A DNA stretch of 64,000 nucleotides, taken from the IMG/VR virus record IMGVR_UViG_3300002461_000857; one strand, written 5' to 3'. This document shows, in pieces, positions 17,441 through 25,875 of the stretch (position 1 is the stretch's first letter; every line of letters starts with the position of its first letter). Source of the DNA: a virus. A model generated the notes under the pieces. It searched no databases. It was not told the DNA's origin and saw nothing but the letters and a program-made list of their open reading frames with translations. Both the position numbers and the translations under genes were made by a program.

Positions 17441-18279
17441 ACCGCGATTTCGCCCTTGAGCGCGGGGTGGTGGTCGTAGTCGACGATCGTTGCCTTCTCG
17501 AAGGTGAAGTCGTCGATCTCGTGCAGGTCATCGGCAAGCTCGAGGGTTGGGAGTTTTCGAGGGACTCGAAGCAGCTGCTCCCTGACCTGGTCGACGTGGT
17601 TCACGTAGATGTGAGCATCACCCGCGTTGACCACGAGCCTGTGCGGAACCAGACCCGAGACCTTGGCGAGGATGTGGGTCAGCAGCGCGTACTGGGCGAT
17701 GTTGAACGGGGCGCCGAGGAACAGATCCCAGCTCCGGATCGACATGATGCAGGTGAGGCCGTCGCTGTTGTCGACGAGGAACTGGGCCGCGTAGTGACAC
17801 GGAGGGAGCTTCATCTCCTCGATCTGGGCCACGTTCCAAGCCGACAGGATGATCCTGCGGTCGTCGCGGTGATGCCGGAGCTTGTCGACGATCATCGCGA
17901 TCTGGTCGATCCATCCGCTCCAGGTATTCCAGTGGCGCCACTGTACGCCGTAGATCGGACCGAGATCCCCTTCGGGAAGACCCATCTCGGGTCGGTAGCT
18001 GGCTCGCGACCAAGCGTCCCAGATCTTGACCCCGTGCTGCTGCAGGTACGCGACGTTGTTGCTGCCCTTCAACATCCAGTCGAGTTCGACCGCGACCCCC
18101 TTGAACCACACCCTCTTGGTCGTCATGAGAGGGAAGCCGGATCGGAGATCGATGCTGAGCTGTGGTCCGAACAGCGAGATCGTATCCGTCCCGGTTCGGT
18201 TCGTCCGACGCTCTCCGTGCTTCAGGACTTCCGAGAGAAGGTGGAGGTACTTGTACTCGGTCTGGATCGGCATGGGCAT
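17437..18279 (-). CDS. thyA: Thymidylate synthase
   Basis: RTNRTGTDT, FPLMTTKRV, LGPIYGVQWR, RRIILSAWN, LPPCH, RSWDLFLGAPFNIAQY, GDAHIYVNH. Confidence 0.97.
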   Translation of the reverse strand: MPMPIQTEYKYLHLLSEVLKHGERRTNRTGTDTISLFGPQLSIDLRSGFPLMTTKRVWFKGVAVELDWMLKGSNNVAYLQQHGVKIWDAWSRASYRPEMGLPEGDLGPIYGVQWRHWNTWSGWIDQIAMIVDKLRHHRDDRRIILSAWNVAQIEEMKLPPCHYAAQFLVDNSDGLTCIMSIRSWDLFLGAPFNIAQYALLTHILAKVSGLVPHRLVVNAGDAHIYVNHVDQVREQLLRVPRKLPTLELADDLHEIDDFTFEKATIVDYDHHPALKGEIAV

Positions 18280-18770
18280 TGGTCTTTCTTTTGGGGATCG
18301 GCGTGGAGTTTGGCGTGATCAAGGACGAGGAGAGACGCTAGGAGGCCCGTGATCCAGAACATGGCTGATCCGTCGCGACTCTCGTCTAGATCCTGAAGCG
18401 CAAGATCGGATGAGCCGACGACGTTGAAGATCGCTATCGCGAGAGCGATCACGACGGGTGCCGAAGGTCGCGTCGTCAGGACGAGGATCGCTCCGCCCAG
18501 GACGAGGTTCCACTCCACGATCGGCCACGCCATGATCGCGGTCGCGAGCACGACCAGGCGGCTCGCTTCATCCCTCGAGAGCATGAGCTTCACGAGCGCG
18601 AGGGAGATCACTGAAGCGGTGGCGAGGAACGCAAAGAGGGACCCTACGAAGAGCAGGGTCGGGTGGTACACGGCGCTGCGGATCGCGACCGTCACGAACA
18701 CGAGCAGCATTACGCGGAGCATGGACAGGCGCATCGTCTCGGGGAGCCTCAGGACTCGGGACTGTGCCAC
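18222..18770 (-). CDS. Multi-pass membrane protein
   Basis: Several long hydrophobic segments. Confidence 0.6.
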   Translation of the reverse strand: MAQSRVLRLPETMRLSMLRVMLLVFVTVAIRSAVYHPTLLFVGSLFAFLATASVISLALVKLMLSRDEASRLVVLATAIMAWPIVEWNLVLGGAILVLTTRPSAPVVIALAIAIFNVVGSSDLALQDLDESRDGSAMFWITGLLASLLVLDHAKLHADPQKKDQCPCRSRPSTSTSTFSRKS

Positions 18771-18783
18771 AGCGGCACTGCTC

Positions 18784-18813
18784 GCGCAAGGTTACTGTTC
18801 CGGTAGGGTAAAA
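18784..18813. promoter_or_regulatory. Repeated operator-like motif at a divergent junction
   Basis: GCGCAAGGTTACTGTTCCGGTAGGGTAAA, nearly identical to 5036-5064. Confidence 0.55.
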
Positions 18814-18906
18814 CGACCCAGGCGCGTCGCTTGGGCTCTAGGTTGACTTGCGGACGGAGCAGGTCCACCCTCCCGGTCGACGCAGCGGTACCCATGGAAG
18901 ATCCAG

Positions 18907-19233
18907 ATGAGCAAGGTCTACTCCGAGGCGACGAAGAAAAAAGCGATCGCGCTGTACTGCAACAAGAAGAAGCCGATGCCGATCGAGCAGATCATCAAGG
19001 TGCCCGGCATGCCCAACGCGAAGACGCTTCGGAAGTGGCTCGCGGACGCCAAGGTTCCGATGCGTCCGCATCATCAGCAGGTCTATCCGCGGGCGGAGAT
19101 CCTCGAGATCCTCAAGAAGAAGAGCATGACCAGGGCGCAGATCCAGGAGAAGTACGGGTGCTCCAAGAAGTACCTCTCCGACCTCGCGAGCGGAAAGATC
19201 GCCCCGCTCAAGAAGAAGACGAGTCGATCGTGA
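18907..19233 (+). CDS. Tandem helix-turn-helix DNA-binding protein
   Basis: YSEATKKKAIALY...IEQI...KTLRKWL and MTRAQIQEKYGCSKKYLSDL. Confidence 0.7.
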   Translation: MSKVYSEATKKKAIALYCNKKKPMPIEQIIKVPGMPNAKTLRKWLADAKVPMRPHHQQVYPRAEILEILKKKSMTRAQIQEKYGCSKKYLSDLASGKIAPLKKKTSRS

Positions 19234-19430
19234 AGTCGGCGGCAAGGGTCACAGCGGCCATCGCCGCTGTGACGAACGAGCTGGCTGTACTCACCAGCGC
19301 GCTCGTCGATGAGCTCAACAAGGAGATCGGACCGATGGCTGGAGCGATCTTCCGAGAGCGATCGCGTCCGGTGCTGGACAGGTTCCGTGAGTGCATGGAC
19401 GAGGCAAGGCTTCTTGGACTGATCCCGTAG
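19230..19430 (+). CDS. Small helical protein
   Basis: GTG start overlaps the upstream TGA. Confidence 0.5.
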   Translation: MKSAARVTAAIAAVTNELAVLTSALVDELNKEIGPMAGAIFRERSRPVLDRFRECMDEARLLGLIP

Positions 19431-19440
19431 GAGGCTCACG

Positions 19441-21120
19441 ATGAAAGATGTCATCACGCTTGGACCTGGTGTTTCGATTCGTCTCAGCGGCGTCCTCGAG
19501 GACAAGCTGCTCATCGTTGGAAACAGCAACAGCGGCAAGTCGAGACTGATCAGGGGCATTGCGGAGCAGGCAGGGGAGAGGCTGCCGATCTTCGTGTTTG
19601 ATCTCGAAGGAGAGTTCAGCTCCCTGCGGGAGTATCTCTCGATCTTGATCGTGGGCGACGACGGCGAGATTCCTCTGAGGGTCGACACTGCGGCGAAGTT
19701 GTCGAGGAGGCTTGTCGAACTTGGTGCCAGTGCAGTGCTGGACATGTCGAGCCTGCCCAAGATGAGCAAGCGCCTGTTCCTGAAGAACTTCCTTCAGGCC
19801 ATGATGGTGCTGCCTCGGAAGCTCTGGGGTCCACGTCTCACCTTCATCGACGAACTCCACGAGTTCTGCCCTCAGTCAGGAAGCGACGCTGAGGCACGGG
19901 AGACCGTGAACGAGTTCATGGCCCTGGGTCGCAAGCGTGGGTTCGGTCTTGCTGCTGCAACGCAGCGGATCGCGAAGATCCACAAGGACTCGGCGGCGGA
20001 GTTCAACAACGACTGCATTGGTCGTTGCCGTCTCGATCTCGACGTTGCTCGAGCCTGTGAACGTCTCGACTTTGGTCGTGACCGCCGAGGTGAGCTGCCT
20101 CGACTGAAGCCTGGACAGTTCTTCGCCCAGGGCCCGTCGTTCGAGCACGAGGACGTAGTCCTGTTTCGCAGCGGTCCGGTTCGGACCACGCACGTCAAGG
20201 CAGGTGGCGAGCGGCGGACGATGAAGCCGCCTCCGCCGAATCGCCAGGTCTTGAAGCTGGCGAAGGATCTCCAGGACCTGGACGTGCAGAAGGTCCAGGA
20301 GCAGACCGAGATCGAGCGCCTGAAAGCAGAGATCGAGCGCCTGAAGTCGAAGCCATCGGCAAAGTCGACCCCTGTCGTCGCTCCCAAGGTCGTCGAGAAG
20401 ATCGTCGTCGATCATAAGCTGATCGATGCCGCTCATCGTCGAGGAACCATCGAGGGATCGATCGGAATGGCGAAGCTTCTCATCGCGGCGATCGAGGAGA
20501 TTCGTGTCCCTCTCGACGCTGCGCTCAAGGTCGCTCGATCCAAGGCGAAGGAGGCGCCGCCAGCTGCGCCAAGGCTTCCGAATCCGATCGCGTCTCGCGA
20601 ACCCAATCCGTCGAAGATGACGAAGTCGACCGTGGCCCCCACCTCTGGATCCGACCTAGGCTCGGGGGCGCCCTACAAGGTCCTGATGGCCTTGCTGATG
20701 TACGACGGTGCCGTGAACCGATCGAGGATCGCGATCCTTGCCGGCGTATCTCCGAAGGGTTCGACGTTCCGAAACGCCATCAGCTTCCTTCGAGTGAGAG
20801 GCCTCATCGAGGATGCGGGATCGGACATCCAGGCGTCGGCACTGGCGAGAACGACATATCCTGATGCACCTCGCCTTCCCACCGGCGACGCCCTTCTCGA
20901 GTACTGGCTATCCGAGCTTGGGACGTCCAGTGCCGAGAGAAGGATCTTCGCCATCCTCGCCGAGGCGAAATCTCCCCTCGACGAGAAGATAGTCGCCGAC
21001 CGTGCTCTCGTGAACTTCGGAAGCACGTGGAGAAATGCCAAGAGCCGACTCACGACGATCGGTCTGCTCGGGAAGTACGGGAAGGGCAAGATCGGTCTCG
21101 CTTCCGAACTCTTCGAGTAG
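19441..21120 (+). CDS. HerA/FtsK-superfamily ATPase with C-terminal wHTH-like domains
   Basis: Walker A VGNSNSGKS, Walker B TFIDELHEF, GRKRGFGLAAATQR motif. Confidence 0.85.
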   Translation: MKDVITLGPGVSIRLSGVLEDKLLIVGNSNSGKSRLIRGIAEQAGERLPIFVFDLEGEFSSLREYLSILIVGDDGEIPLRVDTAAKLSRRLVELGASAVLDMSSLPKMSKRLFLKNFLQAMMVLPRKLWGPRLTFIDELHEFCPQSGSDAEARETVNEFMALGRKRGFGLAAATQRIAKIHKDSAAEFNNDCIGRCRLDLDVARACERLDFGRDRRGELPRLKPGQFFAQGPSFEHEDVVLFRSGPVRTTHVKAGGERRTMKPPPPNRQVLKLAKDLQDLDVQKVQEQTEIERLKAEIERLKSKPSAKSTPVVAPKVVEKIVVDHKLIDAAHRRGTIEGSIGMAKLLIAAIEEIRVPLDAALKVARSKAKEAPPAAPRLPNPIASREPNPSKMTKSTVAPTSGSDLGSGAPYKVLMALLMYDGAVNRSRIAILAGVSPKGSTFRNAISFLRVRGLIEDAGSDIQASALARTTYPDAPRLPTGDALLEYWLSELGTSSAERRIFAILAEAKSPLDEKIVADRALVNFGSTWRNAKSRLTTIGLLGKYGKGKIGLASELFE

Positions 21121-21124
21121 ATCG

Positions 21125-22006
21125 ATGCCGATCGTCGCCAACAGGTATCACTACCTCCCTGTTCCGGGATGGGGTCCTGAACAAAAACCTCTCACCGGCA
21201 GAGAGCGTCGTCCGTCCATGCCGAAGGATGCGATCTACATCGGCAGGGGTACGCCTCTGGGAAATCCGTACCGAAGAGATCAGTACGGACCGATGGCGCT
21301 TCATCGCTACAGGGACTGGTTGTTCGGGAAGATCAAGAGACGGGACCCCGATGTAATGGCTGCGTTTCGTCAGATCGGGCCCGAAACGCTCCTCGTATGC
21401 AGCTGCAAGGCGGCATCCGGGGACTTCGTGTCGCTTCGGGCGATGCCCATCATCGTCTTCTACGACAACACGGCATGCCTCGACATGGTCCTCGACGGAT
21501 CGGAGGGGGACATCCCGGACCAGGCAGACGCTGGCACCGGTGCTCCTCAGGATCCTTCCATCACCCCGGTGTGGAAGATCCGACTCGGATCAGGGATCGA
21601 TGCGTTTGCCTTCATCCCGCTCGTCCACTTGTCGAAGAAGGTCGCGGACAAGGTCCGAGGCGCCCTCGCTCCTTTCACCTTGCCTCCCAAGAGGATCATC
21701 CATCCGATCCTCGATCGACTCATTCCATCCCGAACGTCTGAGGTCTTGGAACGTCTCCGATCTTGTCGAGCCTCGAACTCTACCGGTCTCGGTGAGTCTG
21801 CTGAGATCTCGGCTCGAGCGATCGGGACGCAGCCCGGTCTACTAGGATCATCGTCGCCCGAGAGAAACGCCCTCTCGGACGAGCTCGGACTTCCACTTGT
21901 CGACCTTCGTGTCCACAGCTTGGGTCTGAAGGCCCGATACAACGCGTGCCATGGCGACATCGCCTTGTCGGCATGGCACTGGCTCAAATCGATCGGAGAA
22001 ATATGA
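21125..22006 (+). CDS. DUF4326-like protein with a large internal insertion
   Basis: IYIGRGTPLGNPY, YRDWL, LVCSC...(180 aa)...CHGDI. Confidence 0.7.
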   Translation: MPIVANRYHYLPVPGWGPEQKPLTGRERRPSMPKDAIYIGRGTPLGNPYRRDQYGPMALHRYRDWLFGKIKRRDPDVMAAFRQIGPETLLVCSCKAASGDFVSLRAMPIIVFYDNTACLDMVLDGSEGDIPDQADAGTGAPQDPSITPVWKIRLGSGIDAFAFIPLVHLSKKVADKVRGALAPFTLPPKRIIHPILDRLIPSRTSEVLERLRSCRASNSTGLGESAEISARAIGTQPGLLGSSSPERNALSDELGLPLVDLRVHSLGLKARYNACHGDIALSAWHWLKSIGEI

Positions 22007-22632
22007 AACGCGGAAAGTTCATCGTCATCGACGGGATCGATGGTTCTGGAACCACAACAGCGACCGAAGGGCTCATCGCGGCTCTCGGCGATCTGGGCAT
22101 CTATGCCATTGGCACGTTCCAACCGAGTAGTCGCCCTATCGGGGCTTCGATCCGGGGCTACCTTCGTCAGGTCGAGGACCCGATCGATCCGAAGGCGCTC
22201 GCTCTCCTCTTCGCCTCAGATCGCCTTGACCACGTTCACTCGGTCATCGAGCCGGCACTCAAATCGGGGACATGGGTGATCTGCGATCGATACCTGATGT
22301 CGTCCTGGGCCTACCAGGGAGAGTCGTGCTCTTCGTCATGGATCCGAGAGATCAACCGATTCGCCCCTTGGCCCGACATGACGTTCGTCCTGCTCATCGA
22401 TGCCGATCTTGCAGCTCAGCGCATCGATGCTCGAAAGCGATCGGGAAGCTCTTCCGAATCCGAGATCTTCGATGCCGTCGAACTACAGCGGCGCCTCGCC
22501 GAGAGGTACTCGTCCTACACGAAGGACGTTTACGCGTCGGGAATCGTCGCCATTGATGCGACGCTTCCGCCGGAATCGATCGTCGTGTCAATCCTCGAGT
22601 CGATGCGAGCGAGAAGGCTCATGGATCCTTAG
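22003..22632 (+). CDS. tmk: Thymidylate kinase
   Basis: FIVIDGIDGSGTTT, LLFASDRLDH, VICDRYLMSSWAYQG, PDMTFVL. Confidence 0.9.
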   Translation: MKRGKFIVIDGIDGSGTTTATEGLIAALGDLGIYAIGTFQPSSRPIGASIRGYLRQVEDPIDPKALALLFASDRLDHVHSVIEPALKSGTWVICDRYLMSSWAYQGESCSSSWIREINRFAPWPDMTFVLLIDADLAAQRIDARKRSGSSSESEIFDAVELQRRLAERYSSYTKDVYASGIVAIDATLPPESIVVSILESMRARRLMDP

Positions 22633-22697
22633 GACACAACTCGCGCTGCTCTCGCTCGTGGATCCGATGTTCCAGATCTTCTAGGATCAAGGTCATC

Positions 22698-23171
22698 TTG
22701 AAACGCTCCATAAACCCGACGCGCGCGTCTCGGACCGACGTCAACATCGGAAAGCTCCTCTATCCAGAACACGTCGATCGACCTCCTCCACGTTCGGAGT
22801 GCAGAGGTGGTCATCGTCCGTGTCCTCTCGTCTCGTGCCGGTGGAACCTCTACCTCGACGTCAACGAGTCGACAGGTTCGATCCTCTACAACTTCCCCGG
22901 GATCGAACCGTGGGAAATGGAAGTGAGCTGCGCGTTGGACGTCGCAGAGTCAGGGGAGATGACCCTCGAGGAGGTCGGAGCGCTGATGAACCTCACCAGG
23001 GAGAGGATCCGGCAGATAGAGAAATCTGCGCTTCGGAAGCTGTTCCGACTCGATCAGATCCTCCGTCTACGAAACGACGCCAGGGACTCAGAGGGTCGAT
23101 CGACTGGCCATGAGATCGCGGAGATTCAAGAGGTTGATCGGTTCGATGATCCTGTTGGTGATATGCTCTGA
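22698..23171 (+). CDS. Cys-rich sigma70 region-4 HTH protein
   Basis: CRGGHRPCPLVSCRWNLY...SCALDVA...MTLEEVGALMNLTRERIRQIEKSALRKL. Confidence 0.85.
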   Translation: MKRSINPTRASRTDVNIGKLLYPEHVDRPPPRSECRGGHRPCPLVSCRWNLYLDVNESTGSILYNFPGIEPWEMEVSCALDVAESGEMTLEEVGALMNLTRERIRQIEKSALRKLFRLDQILRLRNDARDSEGRSTGHEIAEIQEVDRFDDPVGDML

Positions 23172-23174
23172 GGC

Positions 23175-23618
23175 ATGTCCCAGATCATCATCGCGAGGCG
23201 AAGGTCGGAGCAGAACCAGGCGTGGATCGACCCGTACACGGCAGTCCACACCGCGGTGGGTCTCGCGTTTGGTCTGGTCGGAATCCGATTCGGGCCCAGC
23301 ATCATCACCGCGATCGTCTACGACGGGCTCGAGCAACTTCTCGAGCGCAGCGAGGTCGGCCAGAAGTTCTTCAAGACCTCCGGGCCAGAGACGATCGGAA
23401 ACGTGGTCGTGGACATCCTCTCCTTCGCCGTAGGGTGGAAGCTCGGACAGCTCTGGAACTCGACCGGAGATGCAGTGACTGAGACGGCCGAGGCGCGCCA
23501 AGAGAACCCGCCGACGAGACAAGCTCGAGCCCCGAAGAGGAAGGTCGCCAAGCGAACAGCGCCCTCCTCGAGGCCTGCTACGAAGCGACGGCCCCTGCAT
23601 CCGGATGCTTCGCTTTGA
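23175..23618 (+). CDS. Membrane protein with a basic C-terminal tail
   Basis: DPYTAVHTAVG, hydrophobic helices, PETIGNVVVDIL. Confidence 0.7.
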   Translation: MSQIIIARRRSEQNQAWIDPYTAVHTAVGLAFGLVGIRFGPSIITAIVYDGLEQLLERSEVGQKFFKTSGPETIGNVVVDILSFAVGWKLGQLWNSTGDAVTETAEARQENPPTRQARAPKRKVAKRTAPSSRPATKRRPLHPDASL

Positions 23619-23926
23619 CGCTCGAGGCCGCTCCGTCGAGCTGCTTTCGTCGAGCGAGTTCCTCGCGAACCGATGCCATCGCGAGGGTTCGACTCCTGAA
23701 CCCGATCATCGTCGTGATGTGAAGCGGGTCATCGCTCGGTTTGTTCTCCCGCCACTTCCAGACTCTTCTGTGGCGGCAGAACGCGACCGTGAATCCGGAT
23801 ACGCCTTCGCCCTCTTTTCGACTGTCTGATCCTGAGATCATGGTCCACCTCTTTGTTTCGGATCCTTCGATCCGAGAAAACGGGGATCAGCGAGCGATCG
23901 TCATTCGATCGCTCGCTGATCGATGT

Positions 23927-24346
23927 TCAACGCCAGCCGATTCCGGGCCCGTAGTAGTTGTAGCCGTACCCCGGACCTGCGCTCCAACCGGGCCAGAGGT
24001 AGCCGGGGTAGTAGGGCGCCGTGTAGGTGGGATAGGCGGCCCAGGGGTAGCCCCATCCCGCCCATCCGTTGCCCCATCCCCATCCGCCCCAGCCCGGCCA
24101 CCAGCCCCCGCGTCCTCCGACGACAACACGGGTCCCTGGGGCCGACCCAGCTCCGTGGACGGTTCCGCCTCCACCGATGACGCGGGTCCCATTCTCCACC
24201 CTCTGCGGCGCGGGGGTCGGAGCCGAGCGGATCCTGGGAGCCGGATTGCTCTGCGCCATGGCCCTCTGGACATCGCGAAGACGGACCGCCCTGCGAGCGG
24301 CCGGTTTGAGAGAGGAGTACCTGGGGACGGCGACGAGTTCGGACAT
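23927..24346 (-). CDS. G/W/Y/P-rich low-complexity protein
   Basis: GGWWPGWGGWGWGNGWAGWGYPW... tail; AQSNP motif. Confidence 0.6.
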   Translation of the reverse strand: MSELVAVPRYSSLKPAARRAVRLRDVQRAMAQSNPAPRIRSAPTPAPQRVENGTRVIGGGGTVHGAGSAPGTRVVVGGRGGWWPGWGGWGWGNGWAGWGYPWAAYPTYTAPYYPGYLWPGWSAGPGYGYNYYGPGIGWR

Positions 24347-24364
24347 GACGATTCCCTTTCAGCT

Positions 24365-24793
24365 TCAGCGTAGCAGCTTGGCTTGCAGCCTCTTCTCTCG
24401 ACCCCATCGCTTCTCGGCGAGTCTACGAGCGGCCTCTGCTGCTTCGGCCGCTGCCTCGGGGCTATCCGGAGCCGTTGCCCACTTTCCCAACGCGTAAGCG
24501 TCAGGATCAGGTGGGGCACACTCTCGAGGTGGATTCGAGTTTCGACCCGAGACAACGCCTTGGACGACGGGTCGGATCTGCTCGAGGACTTGCTCTTTGA
24601 CCTCGGAAGGATAGGCACCCCAAGGATGCGAACCTGTCGAGGTGCTGTCGACGATCACGACTCCGTTCTGATAGACGTAGGCGTGGATGGCGTCCGCGTA
24701 GAACTTTGGTACGGAGATCCCGTAGAAGGTCCCGTACCACCACGTCTCTCCGCGGTTCCAGGTCTCTGAGATCTGTCTCCACTTGACGGTCAT
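24365..24793 (-). CDS. Hypothetical protein
   Basis: 142-aa ORF, ATGA coupled. Confidence 0.65.
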   Translation of the reverse strand: MTVKWRQISETWNRGETWWYGTFYGISVPKFYADAIHAYVYQNGVVIVDSTSTGSHPWGAYPSEVKEQVLEQIRPVVQGVVSGRNSNPPRECAPPDPDAYALGKWATAPDSPEAAAEAAEAARRLAEKRWGREKRLQAKLLR

Positions 24794-25278
24794 GATCGCC
24801 TCATCGTCGAAGGATTGACTTTCCGACGCGTCGACTTCTCTTTCGCATCAGATCCGAACTTCCAGATCTCCACTCCGATCGATCCGATCGACACCACGGT
24901 GAGTGCGGTCAGGAGCTTCTGGCCGACCGTCTTCCCTGTGAAGTAGGTGACCATGAAGAGCGCCATGTACCACGCCACGTCCCATCCGTAGTAGTTCAGG
25001 TACTGGTAGAACCAGAACTTGTGATCGGAGAGGGATTCGCGATGCGCGTCGAGCCACTTCTGCGTGTAGAAGTATCCGACGTCTGTGGGGATCGGGACTG
25101 CGTCCAAGACACCGAAGAGAAGGAACGCAGCTGGGACAGCGGTCGCCCCTTGCTCGAGTCGAAGGATCTCCTTGATCCCATCGATCCCAGACTTCAGGTT
25201 CCTTGGAGGATTCTGAGATCGCGAGGACGCATAGGCGGATGTCAGCCTCTTCGCCAGCTCTGTTTCATGAGCCGGCAC
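24790..25278 (-). CDS. Membrane protein
   Basis: Three hydrophobic segments; RSQNP motif. Confidence 0.7.
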   Translation of the reverse strand: MPAHETELAKRLTSAYASSRSQNPPRNLKSGIDGIKEILRLEQGATAVPAAFLLFGVLDAVPIPTDVGYFYTQKWLDAHRESLSDHKFWFYQYLNYYGWDVAWYMALFMVTYFTGKTVGQKLLTALTVVSIGSIGVEIWKFGSDAKEKSTRRKVNPSTMRRS

Positions 25279-25623
25279 TCACCGAGTCTCCCCACGCGAA
25301 AGCCTCTTCGCGAGGCTCTGAGGATTCGGAAGGATTGAGATCGCGCTCGATCCGATCTCATTCGGATCGCGGTAGCGCTTGGAAACACGCCGCGCGACTT
25401 CATCGAACCCTCTGGGCTTCTTTCCTACCGAGGCGACCCATACCTGGGTAGGGAACACGACCCTTGACGCAAGGCTCTCCGCCGCCGCCTCGATCTCTTC
25501 CAGAGAGGAGATCGTGACCGTCTCGTTCACCTCTTCCTTCGAGAAGAGAGCGACTTGGACTCCTCCGTCGGTGAGGTAGGCGGGCTTGGCAGAGAGTCGG
25601 ATCTGGGTCGTCTTCATGATCAT
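25279..25623 (-). CDS. Protein with the shared C-terminal tag (LAKRLSRGETR)
   Basis: 114-aa ORF; tag at the extreme C-terminus. Confidence 0.7.
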   Translation of the reverse strand: MIMKTTQIRLSAKPAYLTDGGVQVALFSKEEVNETVTISSLEEIEAAAESLASRVVFPTQVWVASVGKKPRGFDEVARRVSKRYRDPNEIGSSAISILPNPQSLAKRLSRGETR

Positions 25624-25647
25624 GCCCTCCTCGAGGGTCGATTCGGA

Positions 25648-25854
25648 TCAGCGACGGACCGACACGGGGAGGCGAGCGTAGGATCGCGCGGTCATGGGCT
25701 CGAACCCGGACTGCGACGCCCTGCTGACGGCGCGAGCACCGATCGCGGCGACGACACCTACGATGACGAGCGGCATGCCGATCGCGACTGCACCCACGAT
25801 GAGAGCGACCTTCGCACCATCGCTCATGTTCTTCTTTCGTCTGTTCTTCTTCAT
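25648..25854 (-). CDS. Small single-pass membrane protein
   Basis: Basic N-terminus followed by VALIVGAVAIGMPLVIVGVVAAIG. Confidence 0.65.
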   Translation of the reverse strand: MKKNRRKKNMSDGAKVALIVGAVAIGMPLVIVGVVAAIGARAVSRASQSGFEPMTARSYARLPVSVRR

Positions 25855-25875
25855 GATCGTTCTCTCTTCCGTTGG

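Noticed and set aside
19441-21120. Terminase large subunit
   Set aside because: Motifs are HerA/FtsK-type (GRKRG...ATQR), with no RNase H-like nuclease domain.
21407-21946. Intein in the DUF4326-like gene
   Set aside because: No Cys/Ser start paired with a His-Asn end, and no recognisable splicing or LAGLIDADG blocks.
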